5,568 nt of DNA from Candidatus Helarchaeota ASGARD archaeon Hel_GB_B (lineage in GTDB: Archaea > Asgardarchaeota > Lokiarchaeia > Helarchaeales > HEL-GB-B), in the NCBI GenBank assembly GCA_005191425.1, contig SUPR01000168.1:1-5568 (forward strand), written 5' to 3'. The position numbers were made by a program, and so were the translations under genes. Every line of letters begins with the position of its first letter. Within the stretch, counting starts at the first letter, position 1. Positions 4,642 through 5,568 of the stretch are shown here, piece after piece. The notes under the pieces are model-generated. The model saw only the letters and a list, made by a program, of their open reading frames with translations, did no database searches and had not been told where the DNA came from.

Positions 4642-5568
4642 ATGCCAAAAATAAATTTACAAAGATTTTTGAAATTATTACCCGAAGAATATAGGATGCC
4701 TTATGAAAAAGGCTGGGCACATAATTATGCTGTAGAAGCTGAAGAGGTAACAAAAAACTACAAATTTGCTTCGAGTATTACATTTAGCGATACAACATGT
4801 AGGGATGGTGAACAACAAGTAGGAGTTGTATTTACGCCAGAACAAAAAGTGGAAATTGTACAACTATTAGGTGAAGTAGGTATTTCCTTAGTCGAGGTAG
4901 GATATCCTGGAGTTTCAAAAGAAGAAGAAAGAGCTTGTAAAATGATAACTGCAAATGCTCCAAAAGCCATTTGTTTTGTTATGGCGCGAGCAAATAAGAA
5001 TGATATTGACGCAGCACTCCGAGCAGATGCAAAAATGTTAGATTTATTTACCAGTTGCTCAGAATTCCACATAAGAGAAAAAATGGGGTTAACACCTGAA
5101 GAAAATATCAATAAATATCTTGAACTTCTTGATTACGCAACTGACCACGGTTTAATGATAATTTTTGGAATGGAAGATATCAGCAGATCTGATATTGATT
5201 ATTACGTAAAAATAATAAAAGCAGTTAAGGAGGCTGCTGGAAATCGCTGGGCAGGGACTGGTATTAGTGATACAACTGGTTCCTTTAATCCTCTTTCTGC
5301 TAAATGGTTTTATCGGACGGTACAAGATAAATTGGGCGATGTAGCATTAGGTATGCATTTTCATAACGATTTAGGACTAGCTACTGCAAATACTCTAGCA
5401 TGTCTTGAAGAAGGTGCTGCAGCATGCCAAGGTACTATATTAGGACTTGGGGAAAGATGTGGCAATACACCATTAGAAGAAGTACTTGTAGCTTTACGAG
5501 CTATTTACGGACTAAAGCTTCGTATTAAATATGATAAATTGGTTGAATTATGCGATTTGGTCTCAAAA
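4642..5568 (+). CDS. DRE-TIM metallolyase of the isopropylmalate/homocitrate/citramalate synthase (LeuA-like) family; 3'-partial (309 codons visible, no stop in window)
   Basis: Manual translation: MPKINLQRF...D50TTCRDGEQQVGVVF...EVGYP...GMEDISRSD...SDTTG...H239FH241NDLGLATAN...GLGERCGNTPLEE. Contains the DTTxRDGEQ, HxHND and GxGERxGN motifs. The frame is open to the window end, and the ORF track omits it, probably because it has no stop. Confidence 0.9.
   Translation, partial: MPKINLQRFLKLLPEEYRMPYEKGWAHNYAVEAEEVTKNYKFASSITFSDTTCRDGEQQVGVVFTPEQKVEIVQLLGEVGISLVEVGYPGVSKEEERACKMITANAPKAICFVMARANKNDIDAALRADAKMLDLFTSCSEFHIREKMGLTPEENINKYLELLDYATDHGLMIIFGMEDISRSDIDYYVKIIKAVKEAAGNRWAGTGISDTTGSFNPLSAKWFYRTVQDKLGDVALGMHFHNDLGLATANTLACLEEGAAACQGTILGLGERCGNTPLEEVLVALRAIYGLKLRIKYDKLVELCDLVSK

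Noticed and set aside
4789-4818. Re-citrate synthase assignment for the DRE-TIM enzyme
   Set aside because: The motif is RDGEQ, as in LeuA/homocitrate/citramalate synthases, rather than the RDGQQ I associate with Re-citrate synthases. It cannot be assigned without phylogeny.
4678-4863. 61-aa minus-strand ORF from the ORF track
   Set aside because: Antisense shadow of the motif-bearing LeuA-like gene on the plus strand. No recognisable motif or SD.
4758-5111. 117-aa minus-strand ORF from the ORF track
   Set aside because: Fully antisense to the conserved DTTxRDGEQ region of the plus-strand gene. Its Ser-rich composition is typical of a shadow frame.

Overview
Strongly AT-rich window that looks archaeal: AGGTGA/GAGGT Shine-Dalgarno sites, TATA-like boxes, oligo-T terminators and a FlaK/PibD-type peptidase. 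An Asgard (Lokiarchaeia-like) origin is my inference and is not proven. Gene order: (1) a 5'-truncated IS6/IS240-type DDE transposase fragment running off the left edge (minus strand, missing from the ORF track); (2) an A24 prepilin/preflagellin peptidase (minus); (3) divergently, a class-I RNase III with a dsRBD; (4) a C45-family autoproteolytic Ntn acyltransferase/hydrolase; (5) a classical NAD-type SDR; (6) a LeuA/homocitrate/citramalate-synthase-like DRE-TIM enzyme from 4642 that runs off the right edge (also missing from the ORF track, whose two minus-strand ORFs there are antisense shadows). The most interesting signal is the RNase III. The family is uncommon in archaea. This copy carries an EG-x-LT-xx-R-xx-LVNN(K)T segment and a basic residue four positions before the third catalytic acid, both resembling eukaryotic Drosha/Dicer RNase IIIb domains as I recall them, while that third catalytic Asp is itself replaced by Ser. 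Weaker non-coding signals are a 9-mer repeated at exact 58-bp period upstream of the LeuA-like gene and a 10-mer shared by the upstream regions of both TTG-initiated genes.
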